DNA of 62,503 nt, the filler included, from Rhabdomonas costata (lineage: Eukaryota): the NCBI GenBank assembly GCA_019059605.1. It is 37 parts of 37 records of this genome, joined end to end, with 100 filler letters (N's around TTAATTAATTAA, not from the genome) between each part and the next. Parts side by side here need not be neighbours in the genome. Positions count along the whole stretch, not along the records: positions 49,075 to 50,666 come from JAHMHO010012437.1; positions 50,767 to 52,358 come from JAHMHO010012438.1; positions 52,459 to 54,047 come from JAHMHO010012439.1; positions 54,148 to 55,738 come from JAHMHO010012440.1; positions 55,839 to 57,429 come from JAHMHO010012441.1; positions 57,530 to 59,120 come from JAHMHO010012442.1; positions 59,221 to 60,811 come from JAHMHO010012443.1; positions 60,912 to 62,503 come from JAHMHO010012444.1; 29 more parts are not named here. One strand, given 5' to 3'. The position numbers and the translations under genes were made by a program. Position 1 is the first letter of the stretch. Each line of letters begins with the position of its first letter. The notes under the pieces are model-generated. The model searched no databases, was not told the origin of the DNA, and was given only the letters and a program-made list of their open reading frames with translations. Shown here piece by piece: positions 50,148-62,503 of this stretch.

Positions 50148-50620
50148 TCACACCACATAAGAAAAGAGCGTAGACCATCTGGGATTTGACCTCAAACGTC
50201 CTGTGGAATCAAGGTACAACCTTCCATTCCAACGCTGTCTTCGCACCGTCAGCTCCTTCAGGGTCGAGTACCGCGGTGCTTCTGGACACTCTGGAGTCAC
50301 CAGCATCAGCCGATATTTCTTCCACATGCTTTCGCCAGCACTTGAGCGATGACGGTCCACGGCGAGTTGGCGTACAGGCGCAAATCTGGAATCCACACAA
50401 AATCAAAAGCATTGTGGCCCAATGCCTCTGTATCCCGCTCATCTACTGTAAAATACCTCGGTAGCTGATGATGCCTTTCTGAAGCAAACAGGTCAATGCA
50501 AGGTGTCACAATCAAATTGTAGCACATCGCTATAAAAATTATCTGATCTAACTTCACTTCTTCTTACTCACCAAACTCTGGACAAATGGCACGTCCTAAA
50601 TTGGACGCAACATTACCTCT
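50148..50620 (-). mobile_element. Degenerate DIRS-like retrotransposon: RNase H end plus N6-adenine methyltransferase domain
   Basis: NVASNLGR (resembles NxxADxLSR), then PCIDLFASERHHQLPRY...NAFDFVW...YANSPW...VLAK, a frameshift, then RLMLVTP; one stop codon and a mutated NPPW motif. Confidence 0.8.
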
Positions 50621-52458
50621 CCGTAAGCATCATCATGTGAACCGTATTCATCAGTCACACCATGTGNNNNNNNNNNNNNNNNNNNNNNNNNNNNNNNNNN
50701 NNNNNNNNNNTTAATTAATTAANNNNNNNNNNNNNNNNNNNNNNNNNNNNNNNNNNNNNNNNNNNNTGTGTTGGGTGCGGTTGGTTTTTTTTTGCATTTA
50801 AGAATTTCCGAAAGCTGACAGAAAAATACCCCGAAAACGGAGATCGAAAAGAATACTTGAAAAGGGATCTGCAGCAGTGCAATGACGAAGTAAGGGCAAG
50901 ATGAACGTGTTGGTTGGAGAGGAGGCGAGTCAGGCGTGCACAACGCGCACTTGGTCCCAATTTTGGGCGGAGCAGCATCCGCGCACAGTTGCAATGTGCG
51001 CACAGGCGTTCTTCTTGGTGACACATGTGAGAAGCGCCGATTGCACGCGGAGTGTGTGAAAAATGCCGGAGTTACTGCGGGTGGAAGTGTGAAGTGTGGT
51101 TCGATGAAGGACTGGGAAAACCCCATAGTTGCACTCTTCGGACGTGTCTGGATCGGTCATTGCCACTGTTCTCCTTCAACGAGGAATGCCCCATAAAGAG
51201 AACTGATTGACCCCATGTGTGCTTGTGAGGCTAGAGCAGTGGGAGGGGAGTTCTATAATTTCGGCGAGCCTCCCTGAAACGTTTCATGAACCAAGCAAAT
51301 CCTTAAGCGCCAGCAAGCCCATTTTTGCTGACATTGAATTCAGCATTTTTACCTCGCCATCAAACGGAAAACATTGAATTCGTCTTAATCCGCAAGGCGG
51401 GAGGAAGACCAAGTGTTCATTTTTGGGAGGCACGCTTGGTCAAAGGGCCAGCCATTGACCTGGAAGGGATTACGCACAAAGACGTAACAAGGGTGTCGCA
51501 CACTCTCCCTCACATTTGCTTCTGCGTTTTTATTCTGCTGATTTTGTGCCTAGACGAAGCTTGCTGCTAAAAATCCGCCCCAAGAAAAGGAAACTTGTCT
51601 TTCAAGTTTGTAGTTTCAAGCTGCGCGCGTTTCTTTTCCACGTTCTGCTTTCTGTGTGTCGAGCCCCATCTTGGGTTTCGTCAACACAACAATAAAAAGC
51701 ACTTTCTAAGGACCGCCTTGTTATGTTGCCGGTATGCAGCAGTTCAGGTTTGGGAAGATGCCTTGTCATGACCGAGACTCTCCTGGTTATACTGAGTGCT
51801 CTAGAACTGGCCACCTGACAAGTCACTTTCAGCGGCAGGTTTCAGGTCGCACTCCCGCCTTGTTGCTTGAGCAACAGTTTGCAAACGTCTACATGAATCT
51901 GGAGAAGAGCGTGAGCATCAAGGTGTTACGCATTCGCGGTATTTTCCACTGTAGTGCGGTAATAGGAACCACAACTTTGATGAGTATGTTAAAAAATTCC
52001 AAAGACACCTCGATTCTGCTGGGTCAAGAGAAAATTGAATCGGCATTACTTGCTTCCACAGCTGACACAGAAGGTGCTTCTCGAATTGGTCTCTTTCTGG
52101 AAAAACTTCGTTTCCTTCCCATCACAAAAGGTAGTGTCCCAAACATCACTCATTGTTGTCCACAGGGGGGGAAAAGAGGGCAGGGAAACGCGGTCCACCA
52201 AAGACGGTAATAACGGTAAGGTTTCTCGGAAGTGGTAGAAGGTGGTGGGCTGACGGAGGGACGTGTGGGACCCGGTTCGGGTGAAAGGGTCATCGATGTT
52301 TCCTTCTGAAGGAACCAGGGCCATTTGGAGCTGGAAGTGGGAGTCGAGACACACCACCNNNNNNNNNNNNNNNNNNNNNNNNNNNNNNNNNNNNNNNNNN
52401 NNTTAATTAATTAANNNNNNNNNNNNNNNNNNNNNNNNNNNNNNNNNNNNNNNNNNNN

Positions 52459-53736
52459 GTTGGTTGGGTTGCAACGAGACGGCCGAGGGCTGCGGGGCAG
52501 AAGCCGTATGGAAGGAGCCGGATTGGCTGAGGCGCGTAGGGGAGATCAGCGTGGCCAACGAGTCGTATAATGCCACGGCTCGGGTACTTCTGCTTTCGGT
52601 GGAGGGTGAAAGGTCAGGGTTTTTCGGAAACCGACGGCCAGAGGAGCCATCGTTGTTTCCAAGGATCCACTCTATGTGATACCATCCCAGCCCCCTTGAA
52701 CTGAAGACTCTTTCGCTTTTTCGGGTATCTGCCGGACGAAGTGCAGCAGGACGCAATGGCAAACACTCTTTGTTTGTCGCAAGGATGATGACGATGAATC
52801 CCTTAAAATACCTACAAGGCACAACTGCGACGGGTCACTAAGCAGTTGGAAGGAAGTTTGGCTCCGTATTAGTTGTATAAGCAAGCAGACGTGCAGCCCT
52901 CTCTGTCCTGCAGTGACACACACAGAGACACGCACACACACATCGAGGGACAGTGAAGAGACTCGCACAGATGACTTCGTAGATCAAGACCTCGGCGTCC
53001 AGGGAGGAGACCGAGACGCAGAGCGGAAGAGGCCAACGGCAGGAAAAGAACTCCCGAAATTCCCACGGGGAACACGTTGCGGGTAGAAGGACCGGAACCG
53101 GTGCACAGAGGAAGAAGGAGATCGCTGTTATACGGTGTACAACGAAACTAAACCACGGGGCCCCGACCCACATGGACACTAGTGTACATGCTTCGGTTTG
53201 ACGTGTGTCGTGAAATGTACCCTCCGGCAACGTCCCCGCCTAAGCCGCCCACACCGGCCGCCCACACTGGCTTCCGCGGCCCGCCGCTGGGCGGCACTGG
53301 CTATGCAGGAAGTTCAGCTGGACACACAAAAACACACATAGGGTTGAAAAGAATGGTGAAGGGTAACAAGGCACAGCTACGACTGGTCGCATGGCGTGGA
53401 GGAAGGATTTTGGTTCATTGGTGCACTGCCCGGTATAATAGAAAATCAAAAACGTTCGCCGGCAAACAGAGAGAGAATCACTAACATCAAGCCCTGCATC
53501 TCTGGATGACAGGTCAGGCGTTAGCTAGGGTCCTACCGAAAATGCTTTGGGACCCGACGACGTTGCAGTCGGGTGATCCGGTTCCCCTTGTCACCTCTGC
53601 CACTCTGCCGGGGGTGAACACCTCGGCAATCAAGGAGCGTTTGAGCTTCACCGGCCAGTCGTCTCTCGTCAATTACGCATATCCGATAACGGAAGACGGG
53701 GGTTTACCAGAAGAGTTTGACATCAGCTCCAGCTGA
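52459..53736 (+). CDS. Hypothetical protein, probable exons
   Basis: Exon-like 52459-52582 (ends CGG|gtactt) and last-exon-like 53513-53736 preceded by a cactaac branch point and cag. Confidence 0.35.
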
Positions 53737-55930
53737 GTTTTGGCCACTGCCACTTGGCGCGCTATGCGCCCAGCAGGCACACAAGTCATACAAACATCGA
53801 GAAATCGGGGCGGAGAACCCCCAGGCCAAGCCCCGGTGCCGTGGCGGACCCCCGGGCGGAGCCAGGGCAGCGCCTCCCCCAAAGTGGCGGCGCGAGCACA
53901 AATGCGGGCAACAGCGCGTACCCTGTCAGTCGACAGTGGTCTTCAACTCTTCAACGGTCAGACAAGCCGGCACGCCCAACGCACTCACTCACACGCATGC
54001 CTAAGATTGACTGCCCTTTTTTTTGCCTTCCAGAGAAACACCCAACANNNNNNNNNNNNNNNNNNNNNNNNNNNNNNNNNNNNNNNNNNNNTTAATTAAT
54101 TAANNNNNNNNNNNNNNNNNNNNNNNNNNNNNNNNNNNNNNNNNNNNAGCTCGTGGGCCTGAGTGGGATGTCGGTTGACGGGGGTTGGTACGCCATGACG
54201 TCAGGAACATTGCTGGTGGCGATCGCTTCGCCGCCCAGAGTGGTGCTGTTTGTGGAACCCGTTCGGCCTGTATGGGACGAAAGGAAGGGTCTGTATTTCT
54301 GCGCCGGACAGAAAGCGGCTCCACAGCAGCGTTGCGATGAAGATCATGATTTAAGAAAACTGCACAGACGAGAACCCCAGCGATGGGAACGGGTATCTGC
54401 AAAAATTCCACCTGGCTGCTCCCAGGTCCCGAAACGCTCGACAAACAAGGGGGGTGCGCAAGGAAAATTCTTAACGTTTTTTTGGGGCCTGAAATTTCTT
54501 TAAGGGATTGAGCAGATGTCTTTTGCTCGAGCCCCCCGGTGATGCGCTTTTCACCAAACGAGGCAATTCAAGCGGACTTGTTTCTTCCTATTATTGGATG
54601 GTCCTTTGCCCTTTCGATTTGGGATGGGCTTGTTATCCTCACTGTAAAAGCAGATTCAGCAGATTCGGCATAAAAACGTCAGCAAACCCGGAACATATCG
54701 TGAGCCTGTGGAGAGAGAAAGCTTGCCGGGCCACTTCGTTGTTTGCTCACCAGTGCTGTGTGACATTTCAGATTACCATCACAACTATTATTCGACCGAT
54801 AGGCCGGAGCGCACTTTTCAGCCATCTGTGCGCCTCTACAATGCAATGCAATGCGCATTAAGAGAGCGACTCTTACCTTCTTCAGCTCAGTCACCGGAAG
54901 CGACCTCATGTCCACCAGACCACAATGAAGCTCCCCCTCATCATACTTCTGTGGAAATGTGCCAAGTGTGGGTGTTGAGGCACTGGGCCGGGATCTGCTC
55001 GTTAACAATGTGTTCGTGTGTGTGTGTGTGTGGGGGGGGGGAGCAGACACAGGTTCCCCTGTCCTCCTGCTGATGCCAAACCGAGATTACGCACATGGAG
55101 GAAAAGCGAGAGAAAGGGGGACGGACCAGGACTGGACAGAAAGGTCTCTGTGACACCCTCTTTTCTTCGGCCGCGACGCAAACTGGCCTCCGCCGGCGAC
55201 TGGCCTGCGCACCTAACTAAAGCCATCCGTTTTTTTTGCCATCACCTGGAAATCGTTCATTGTCATTCTGGAACAAAGTCACGGAGGTCCACAGCGCTCC
55301 GGGCGTCCCAAGACATCCCTTGGAGTTCCAAGGGATGTGCGCAGCCCGCTAACACAAGGGAAAAGAAAAAATGAGTGTGTTTCTGCCAGGCCACGGCCTT
55401 GCAACAAACAGGCACGCAAGAAATGTATCGAGGCGAGACCGTGGGGAAAGCGGAATGTGAAAAAGGGATATGATTGCGTGCGTGCAACGAAGAATCGGGT
55501 AGAGATCCCTTGCAATCCGTCACATGAAGGAACTCGATCAGAGAATTCAGACGCGCAACCTGAGGCATCATTCAAAGCTGGGAGGAAGCAAATGGAGGGT
55601 TCAGTAGCGAAAAAAAAATACGCAGCGCGGAAGCCAAGGGCGCCGCCAAGAAAGCAGAGAAGGAAAAAATCAATTACGGAACGAGATAAAGTGAAAAGAA
55701 GCAAACCAGAAGACAAAACCAAAAACAACAAACAAACANNNNNNNNNNNNNNNNNNNNNNNNNNNNNNNNNNNNNNNNNNNNTTAATTAATTAANNNNNN
55801 NNNNNNNNNNNNNNNNNNNNNNNNNNNNNNNNNNNNNNGGTTTGTGTGGATTGTCAGGCGTCGGGCGATGGAGCTTGCTCTTCGGTTGATTTTTTTTTGC
55901 GATGCTGCGATGCACTCATCTTGCTTGCAG

Positions 55931-57398
55931 AGGTTGACTACTCCAAGGAGCCTACCGCGGGGTCTCTGCTTGAGGCCGACGTTGGGATGCAGAGATTTGT
56001 CGCCCGGGTGATGCAGCACACAGCAGGTGCCCTCCTCCCCATTTATTCTGTCTCTCCCAGGTTGAATGAATTTTGTAGCCCTTTTTTCAAAGATATCTGG
56101 CAATTTGTCCTCGGCGGTTATTTCGAGGCGGAGGTACATGATCGGAATCCCAGAGTTACGTGTGTCTCCCTGTACACCCTGGAAAATTATCAAGCTCAAG
56201 GGAAACCTAAAAGAAAGGCGCCTTGTTTCCGTATTGTCTTTCTCTATTTCTTGGTCACGTTCACGACAAACTGCTGTTTTGGTTTCCTGCGCCCCAACCC
56301 ATCTTTGCATGAGCCCGTTCTTTAAAGGAACGTGAACGATTCAGGTTCATTTACCTGTGCTCACGTGTTTATGGCTCAGGTGGGCTGGGAATCACGGCCG
56401 CCACAACTGCTATGTGTGTGACTGGGATTCTTCCGATGCCCATGCTGAACATGGCCACGATGCTGATCCTGGGGCTCACGGGTATCGGGTGCGTTTTCGC
56501 CGCGGCAAGAATGCCCCCGATTCACCTCCGCGACGCTCAGGGGCACCTGACCACCTCCAACCCCACCGGCCGGCTGGCCCTCTCCGGAGGCTTCTGCGTG
56601 ATCCAAGGCTTCCTTTTCGGTGTGCACGGCACGGCCTGAATAAGTTTCTTAGCGCGGAACTTTGAGCACCAGTGTACGCGGGTGCTAGACTGGTCAAGTG
56701 CACGCCCCTCGACATTCCCATAAAGTATTTTTGTCTTTGGAACATAGTGGGCGACCCCTCCCACCACTCCCCTGTTGTGATGGTCACATGATTGCATAAA
56801 CATTTGGCACGGTTTGACTACGATTATTCGGGCAGTGTGTGCTATTATGTCCCTACAGCTCACGAAATGCACTCCGGACCATCGCCGTTATGAGATTGTG
56901 ACAACTCAGCAACTGTGCAAGTTCTTGTGGCTTCCTCTCTGTGGGTCGGATAGTCCATTCCCATTCTCGTTCGCCTTTTGCCCCTCGCTTTGTGCAGCGC
57001 CCCTCATTGCGATGTGCCCGGCTCCCCTCGTGGGCGCCGCCGGGCTGGTCACCGCCGGCGTAGTTGCGGGGATGGGTGCCTTTGCGCTGGCCAAGCCCTC
57101 AGGCTCGCTGCTGACCTGGGGAGGCCCCCTGTTCGCCGGGCTGATGGGGCTGATCGCGTGTGGCCTGGGCTCCATGGTGTTTGCGGGGTCCGCGTTTGGC
57201 TCAGGGTTGTTCTGGATCAGTGCGGTGGGCGGCGTGGGGCTGTTCTCGGCCTTCCTGGCGTTCGACATCCAGAGCGCGATTCAGGAGTACCGCCAGGGCG
57301 TCGCAGACCACCTGGGTCACGCGCTGAACATGTACATTGACATCATCAACCTGTTCCAGAAGATCCTCCTCATCCTCAGGATGTTCTGGGACGAGTAA
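55931..57398 (+). CDS. Bax inhibitor-1 / GHITM family membrane protein, last three exons
   Basis: Exons 55931-56026, 56380-56619 and 56998-57398; C-terminus LLTWGGPLFAGL...GLFSAFLAFDIQ...DHLGHALNMYIDIINLFQKIL. Confidence 0.93.
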
Positions 57399-59419
57399 AG
57401 GAGAGGCCCCAGCCTCACACACCCACCCCNNNNNNNNNNNNNNNNNNNNNNNNNNNNNNNNNNNNNNNNNNNNTTAATTAATTAANNNNNNNNNNNNNNN
57501 NNNNNNNNNNNNNNNNNNNNNNNNNNNNNGCAAGCCTCTCTTCGCCATAACAAAGAGGGTGGCTGCTGCATTTTCTTTTTTGGGGGGGGGAGGGGTCTCC
57601 GTAATACACGTTATCACCGAGGTTTTGGCACGTGTTGGGGGAGGGGACCAATGGTAACCATAACTTGTGGAAACCATTTCCGAGGGAGGACAACAGGATT
57701 GTAGCACGTCATTATATGCCCTCAAGAGTTCCAAAAAAAACAAATCCAAGTTTCTCACTGCCTACGGCCGAGGCTACTGGAAACAAAGGTGCGCTGTCAT
57801 GCAAACGTTACACTCTTGACTCTTTGTACCTTTAGCGACAACGACAGCTACTCCCATCACAAAGAAACCGGCCTGAAACCACGAGAGAGGCTCAAGAACA
57901 CAACCACCACAACACAGCCACAAAAGTGCATTGAGCAAACAAAACCCTTCTCTGCGGCACAGGTCCCTTTGACCGGGTTGCAGCCGCCAACGCTTGCTGC
58001 TGCTGTTGCAGCTGCTGCTCTGCTGCAGACAAGGTGTCAGGAAAGCCATGTTCCAAATTATAGGCTGTGGAACTTAGGCAGCTCCCCACGGTGGCCCTCC
58101 ACTCGGAGGCCATCCCTCCCCACAATAAACCACCGAAACCCCACAGCAAACACAAGAGAATAATGACAGAATAATGACAGGTAAGCCAAAGCAAAACCAC
58201 TGCGAGAGCGAGAGTTGCTTTTCAGAGGCAGGTGAGGTTCGCTGGAAACACGGACACGGAATACTACTCATACCCATGCACCCCTACTCACTATTCCACG
58301 TAAACCTCTGCTTGGCCCATCACCAGGCTTTTAAACCAAAGATCCGGGTGCGGAGCTTGCAGGTCAACCTGCTGAAGTGCTGTCTTTGGGGACCGACTCT
58401 CAAGAACCCACATCCTTCAGGGAAGAGGGGTTGACTATCCTTGACATATAAAAAAGCGTACCAGTCGGCCTTTCGCAATTCATGATCAGTCGAATTGAGC
58501 TGACAAGTTCTCATTTCTCTACCCAAAAGGTATCTTCTTCGATACACAAAAAAGGAGAGGGTTAGATGGAACTGGTGGGTGAAAACCGTCATTTCAAAGA
58601 AAAGAGCAAAGAAAATAGAACTATTCATCGACTATTACGCAACACACGCAGTGCAAAAGCATCCGTCCGTAAGCGTATCTGAGTTGCGGCGCAAAGTTCC
58701 GCGACGGCTTGACGACCCAAGATTCGCCAAACCCCAGGCCAGCGGGTACAAACGAAGCGTGGGTCAAGGGATTATGTGCTCCCCAGAGGATGCATCGGCT
58801 TGAGCCCATGCTCCGAGTTCCGCTGGGCCAGAATGAATCGCTCCAAAAGCTCAAAGTGGGCGGCACACAGCCCTGTAAAGGCAAAGAAGTGTAAAAATGC
58901 GTACTTTGCTTCAGAGTGACCAATACCAATAAATTGCATTCTGGGAAGCTTTCCGCTACCCTGCAAACTGAGCTTTGTTCTCAATCTGTCCGACATGATT
59001 AATTTTGCTGTCTCAACCCCATATTCTAATATAACCTATCTTACTTGTTTCGCAATAAATTTTCCGCTTTCCCAGAGCCCTTATTTACCTTACCTCCCCC
59101 CCCCTCTCTCTCTGCCGCCGNNNNNNNNNNNNNNNNNNNNNNNNNNNNNNNNNNNNNNNNNNNNTTAATTAATTAANNNNNNNNNNNNNNNNNNNNNNNN
59201 NNNNNNNNNNNNNNNNNNNNAGTGCGTGCCTTGTGAGTGCCCGGTGTTTCCGCTTTTAGCTTTTCCTCGTTTGTCTGTTTTGTGTTGTGGCCCTCTGAAA
59301 GCCCATTTTTTTCTCTGGTTTTTTTATCCATTTTTATGTCTTTGTTTGAGACATTTAGCCGCTGAGCTCAGAGTTCGCCCCTTTTCCCCACACAACTCTC
59401 TGTTTCTCTGCTTGCACAG

Positions 59420-60052
59420 TTGACATGTGGTCCTGCGGGACCATTCTCGCGGAGCTGGTCGGGCGCAAGGCCCTGTTTCCCGGGCAGCATGGTAATGCTG
59501 CCCGCTCCTTTCGCGCGGCTTTTCGGCGCGTTCCCGTTCCCACTCGAGTCTTCTTGCATCGCATCGCGGTTCAGTCCGTTGTCCCACCTTCCCCTGTTCC
59601 CTCTATAACAATCCGGGGCAGCCCAAGGTTCCAGAGGTGCCCAGGTTTGAAGCGTACATTACATATGCAAAATAGTTTTTCCAAAAACGCGCTTGTTCTT
59701 TGTTTTTGTGTTTGACTTGGGGACAGGTGCGTTGCACAATTGAACGATTAAGTATAAAAATAACTTAGATAACTAACTTTACATACTTCCAAATTTTATA
59801 AAGATCATTACCAGGGATTCTCATGAAGGGGCAATGCGAGTTTTTGTGTCCAAAAGGGACAGCGTTGACACACTTTTAATCATCATCGTATTCTAGTGCC
59901 CCATTTTCTCCTTTGCCTTGAACTTCTTGGGAGTAGGTCGCACATGCATGTACAATTATTTTTTTTACGATCTCTCAGTGCGGGAGATGCTGGAGCTGAT
60001 CATCAAATTCTTGGGTACCGGGCAGCCCGAGGACCTCTTCTTCCCGGAGACG
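59420..60052 (+). CDS. MAP kinase (CMGC), partial, spliced
   Basis: Exons 59420-59491 (DMWSCGTILAELVGRKALFPG) and 59979-60052 (VREMLELIIKFLGT); kinase subdomains IX-X. Confidence 0.9.
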
Positions 60053-61637
60053 GTTAACATGGTGTGTGGATCGGGACCTTGCCAGTGAATGGGGATGAAT
60101 TTTTTTCTGTTCACCTTAATGAAAACGGCTGACGTGAAGTGTGGCAAAACTGGCTCAGCAGGCTAGAGAGGCGGTGATTGAACCATCCAAAGCGTGACCT
60201 TGGGGTGGGTCGCTTCTTGCAACCCTCTTTGGGCTCTTCCTCACATGTGCACAGGCGACACTCGCCCTTCTATTTCATGCATGGGAGTGCCTTCTCTCTT
60301 CTCCTGGAAGTTCCCCCTCCCCTCCCCTTGATGGTTTGCATTCTTGCTTTATCCTTCTGGCGGGGGACCTTTTGCAGACCCGGGCTTTCATTGAGAAGAT
60401 CAAGGCGCCTCCCATCAATTGGAAGCAGCGGTTCCCCAAGGCCACCCGTGCAGGTACTGTACTCAGATAAAATATGGATCGGAGTGATTCACCGCAGGCA
60501 AAACATAATGTGGTGACTTAGTTTAGCGCTTGTGTCTCTGTGTGTCTGTTTGTGTGGGCGCGCCCTGTGCACGGCGTGAAATCCGTGTGGCCGTCGACCA
60601 TCACATAAAAACATCCCCCCGGTCATCTCCGCGAAAGGGTGTCAATCCCTCCACACAAATCAGTGTGTCATGTGTCTGTCTGGCTGCTGCTGTAGTCTTT
60701 CATTGCCAGTTGAGGGGGGTGCCACAAGGTTCTATTGCCTCCGATTTCGCCATGACTCATCTAAAGTGCAACACAATGAGTGACGTTTTCTGTCAAATGG
60801 GCCCAACCAACNNNNNNNNNNNNNNNNNNNNNNNNNNNNNNNNNNNNNNNNNNNNTTAATTAATTAANNNNNNNNNNNNNNNNNNNNNNNNNNNNNNNNN
60901 NNNNNNNNNNNTTGTTGTTGGACTTTCGTCTAGACTGCCGCTGAATGTATTGCTTTTCGTGTGCCCTCTGGGCCTCTTATGCACTTCCTCCGCATCGGCG
61001 GTTTGAGCTGATTTGAACATGGGGAGTGGCTCCCACTTTCTGGGTGAAATGTAATGGGAAGAGGTGGGGCTTTAAAGACTTTTGGCGTTTGGACCAGTGG
61101 AATTGTCCTTGCTGCGTTTTGGAGGACGAGTGGAAAGAATTTTGAGCGGAGGTTGAGGCGCTGCATGGGGTGGCTGATGCTCAATCGAGCACTGGTAACC
61201 GTCCGAGCGGATTTCTTTTTTTTGCATGCATTTGGGTGCGCATATGTGGAATCATTGTGTCGATGTGGCCTCATGTCAATATTTGCGGCAGCGTTCGGTT
61301 CACACCAATGACTTGGCCACTCGGCACGATTTTGGGATTCCACACCACACCGCACCCAGTTGAGAAGTAGTAGTGATTTCTCGTAGTATGTTTATTCTTC
61401 CAGTAAAATAATACCTGGTATATGGACTGGCGTCCACCTCTACCAGCTGCGTGGTGCCTCCTCTGCAGGGCAGTTTGTCTCCACTCCTCTTCTCTTCTCT
61501 TCTCCTCTCTTTCTTCTCTGCTTTTCTTTTCTTTCTTTTGAGTGGGTAGCTTCTGAGCGCGGTTTGCAGGAAAGGGGTTAGTCACCCGCTGACGTGGGGA
61601 GACTCCTGTGAGCTTTTATGGAGGGCAGCGGCCTAGT

Positions 61638-62016
61638 GCCAGGGGCAGTGCCTGCGCCCACCCCTGCGGCGGCTTCCGTTCCTACGGCGCCTGACCCGTC
61701 TCTCCTCACGCTTGCCGCGCTGCAGAGGCTGCAGTTAACGCGGAGAGCCATTGAGGTACGAGTCAGCGGGGCCATTCTTGAGCTGCTTTTACGATGGACC
61801 ATTTTTTCACCCCACTTTCTGGCTGGGGTTTTATCGTTTGGGTGAATGAGTCCACTGACCGGGTCACCTCGATGCGTATCTTTTTTTTTCGGTGGGTCCT
61901 AGGGCTGGTTGCATGATGCGGAGCTCGAGGAAATTGTGAAGGGGTGCTACGTCCGGGTTCTGGTGGATAAGGACAAGAACGGCCGGTCCATCGCAAAGAC
62001 CTATCGCGTCAGTGAG
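61638..62016 (+). CDS. Plus3-domain protein (Rtf1-like), partial, spliced
   Basis: Exons about 61638-61755 and 61903-62016 give LQRLQLTRRAIE|GWLHDAELEEIVKGCYVRVLV...TYRVSE. Confidence 0.8.
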
Positions 62017-62503
62017 GTTTGCTTACCCAAATGATGTTGAAATGCTTCAATCGATCACTGTCTCTCTCTGTCTCTCTCGTTGGCGTCGTTGCGGTTTCTC
62101 TCGAATTCACCGGGAGTGTTAGGCTGAGACACGGGCACGTTTTCAGCACGACCGGTCGCGTCACTTTGCGCGCTTTTTCTTTATCTTTTGCACACTTTTC
62201 CTTTTTGCTTTTTGCTTCGGCATCACGTGGACACCGACTGAGCCTCGGAGACTGCGCCGAGGCTCGATTGCACCCTCACTCAGGAAAGGATAATGAGCAA
62301 GTGGTTTCTAAATGCTCTTTCGGTGACGTTAACGTTTTCTTGTGGTCAAAAGCTTACAAAGCAGCAGGCAATGGTTGGTGTTGTTATCTGCGTATATCTG
62401 ATGGTGGTGGTGATGGTAGTGGTGGTGGGGACAGGTCATCGGAATCACGAAGGATGCGGAGTACAAGCTGCGGGACCTAGGGAAGACCAACCTCCACCCC
62501 CAC

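Noticed and set aside
53312-53512. Euglenid non-conventional intron (gttCAG...CTGgatga pairing)
   Set aside because: Only 6 bp of pairing, and an ordinary GT-AG intron with a cactaac branch point explains it in frame
57530-59120. ORFs in contig 35 (also contigs 16, 31 and 33)
   Set aside because: No family motif or convincing spliced model; left unannotated

Overview
This window is not a continuous locus. It joins 37 unrelated contigs of about 1.59 kb with 100-nt linkers (44 N + TTAATTAATTAA + 44 N), so genes on neighbouring contigs are not linked. The DNA comes from an intron-rich eukaryotic flagellate (outer-arm dynein, IFT52, katanin); a euglenozoan or euglenid is plausible but cannot be shown from the sequence. 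Most contigs start with about 10 G/T bases and end with about 10 A/C bases, and three end in perfect fold-backs, which points to whole-genome amplification. Spliced gene fragments I could reconstruct: DEAH helicase, ATRX-like SNF2 ATPase, katanin p60, WW-domain protein, ABCG/PDR transporter, inositol 5-phosphatase, dynein gamma heavy chain, COX15, TPR protein, SNW1/SKIP, IFT52, F-box/LRR protein, BI-1 family protein, MAP kinase and a Plus3-domain protein. The most interesting leads are: (1) a 1 kb GT-skewed, frameshifted, highly divergent nad4-like segment (NUMT or unedited mitochondrial gene); (2) an intron-split bacteriohemerythrin-like domain; (3) an exon with a GN(F/Y)WW...EFWIG motif that I recall from viral and bacterial hypothetical proteins; (4) an exon resembling a bacterial BMP solute-binding domain; (5) a decayed DIRS-like RNase H / N6-adenine methyltransferase fragment; (6) very degenerate 5' splice sites, including one required GC-AG intron; (7) several dispersed repeat families. 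All family calls come from motif recognition by eye; no database searches were run.
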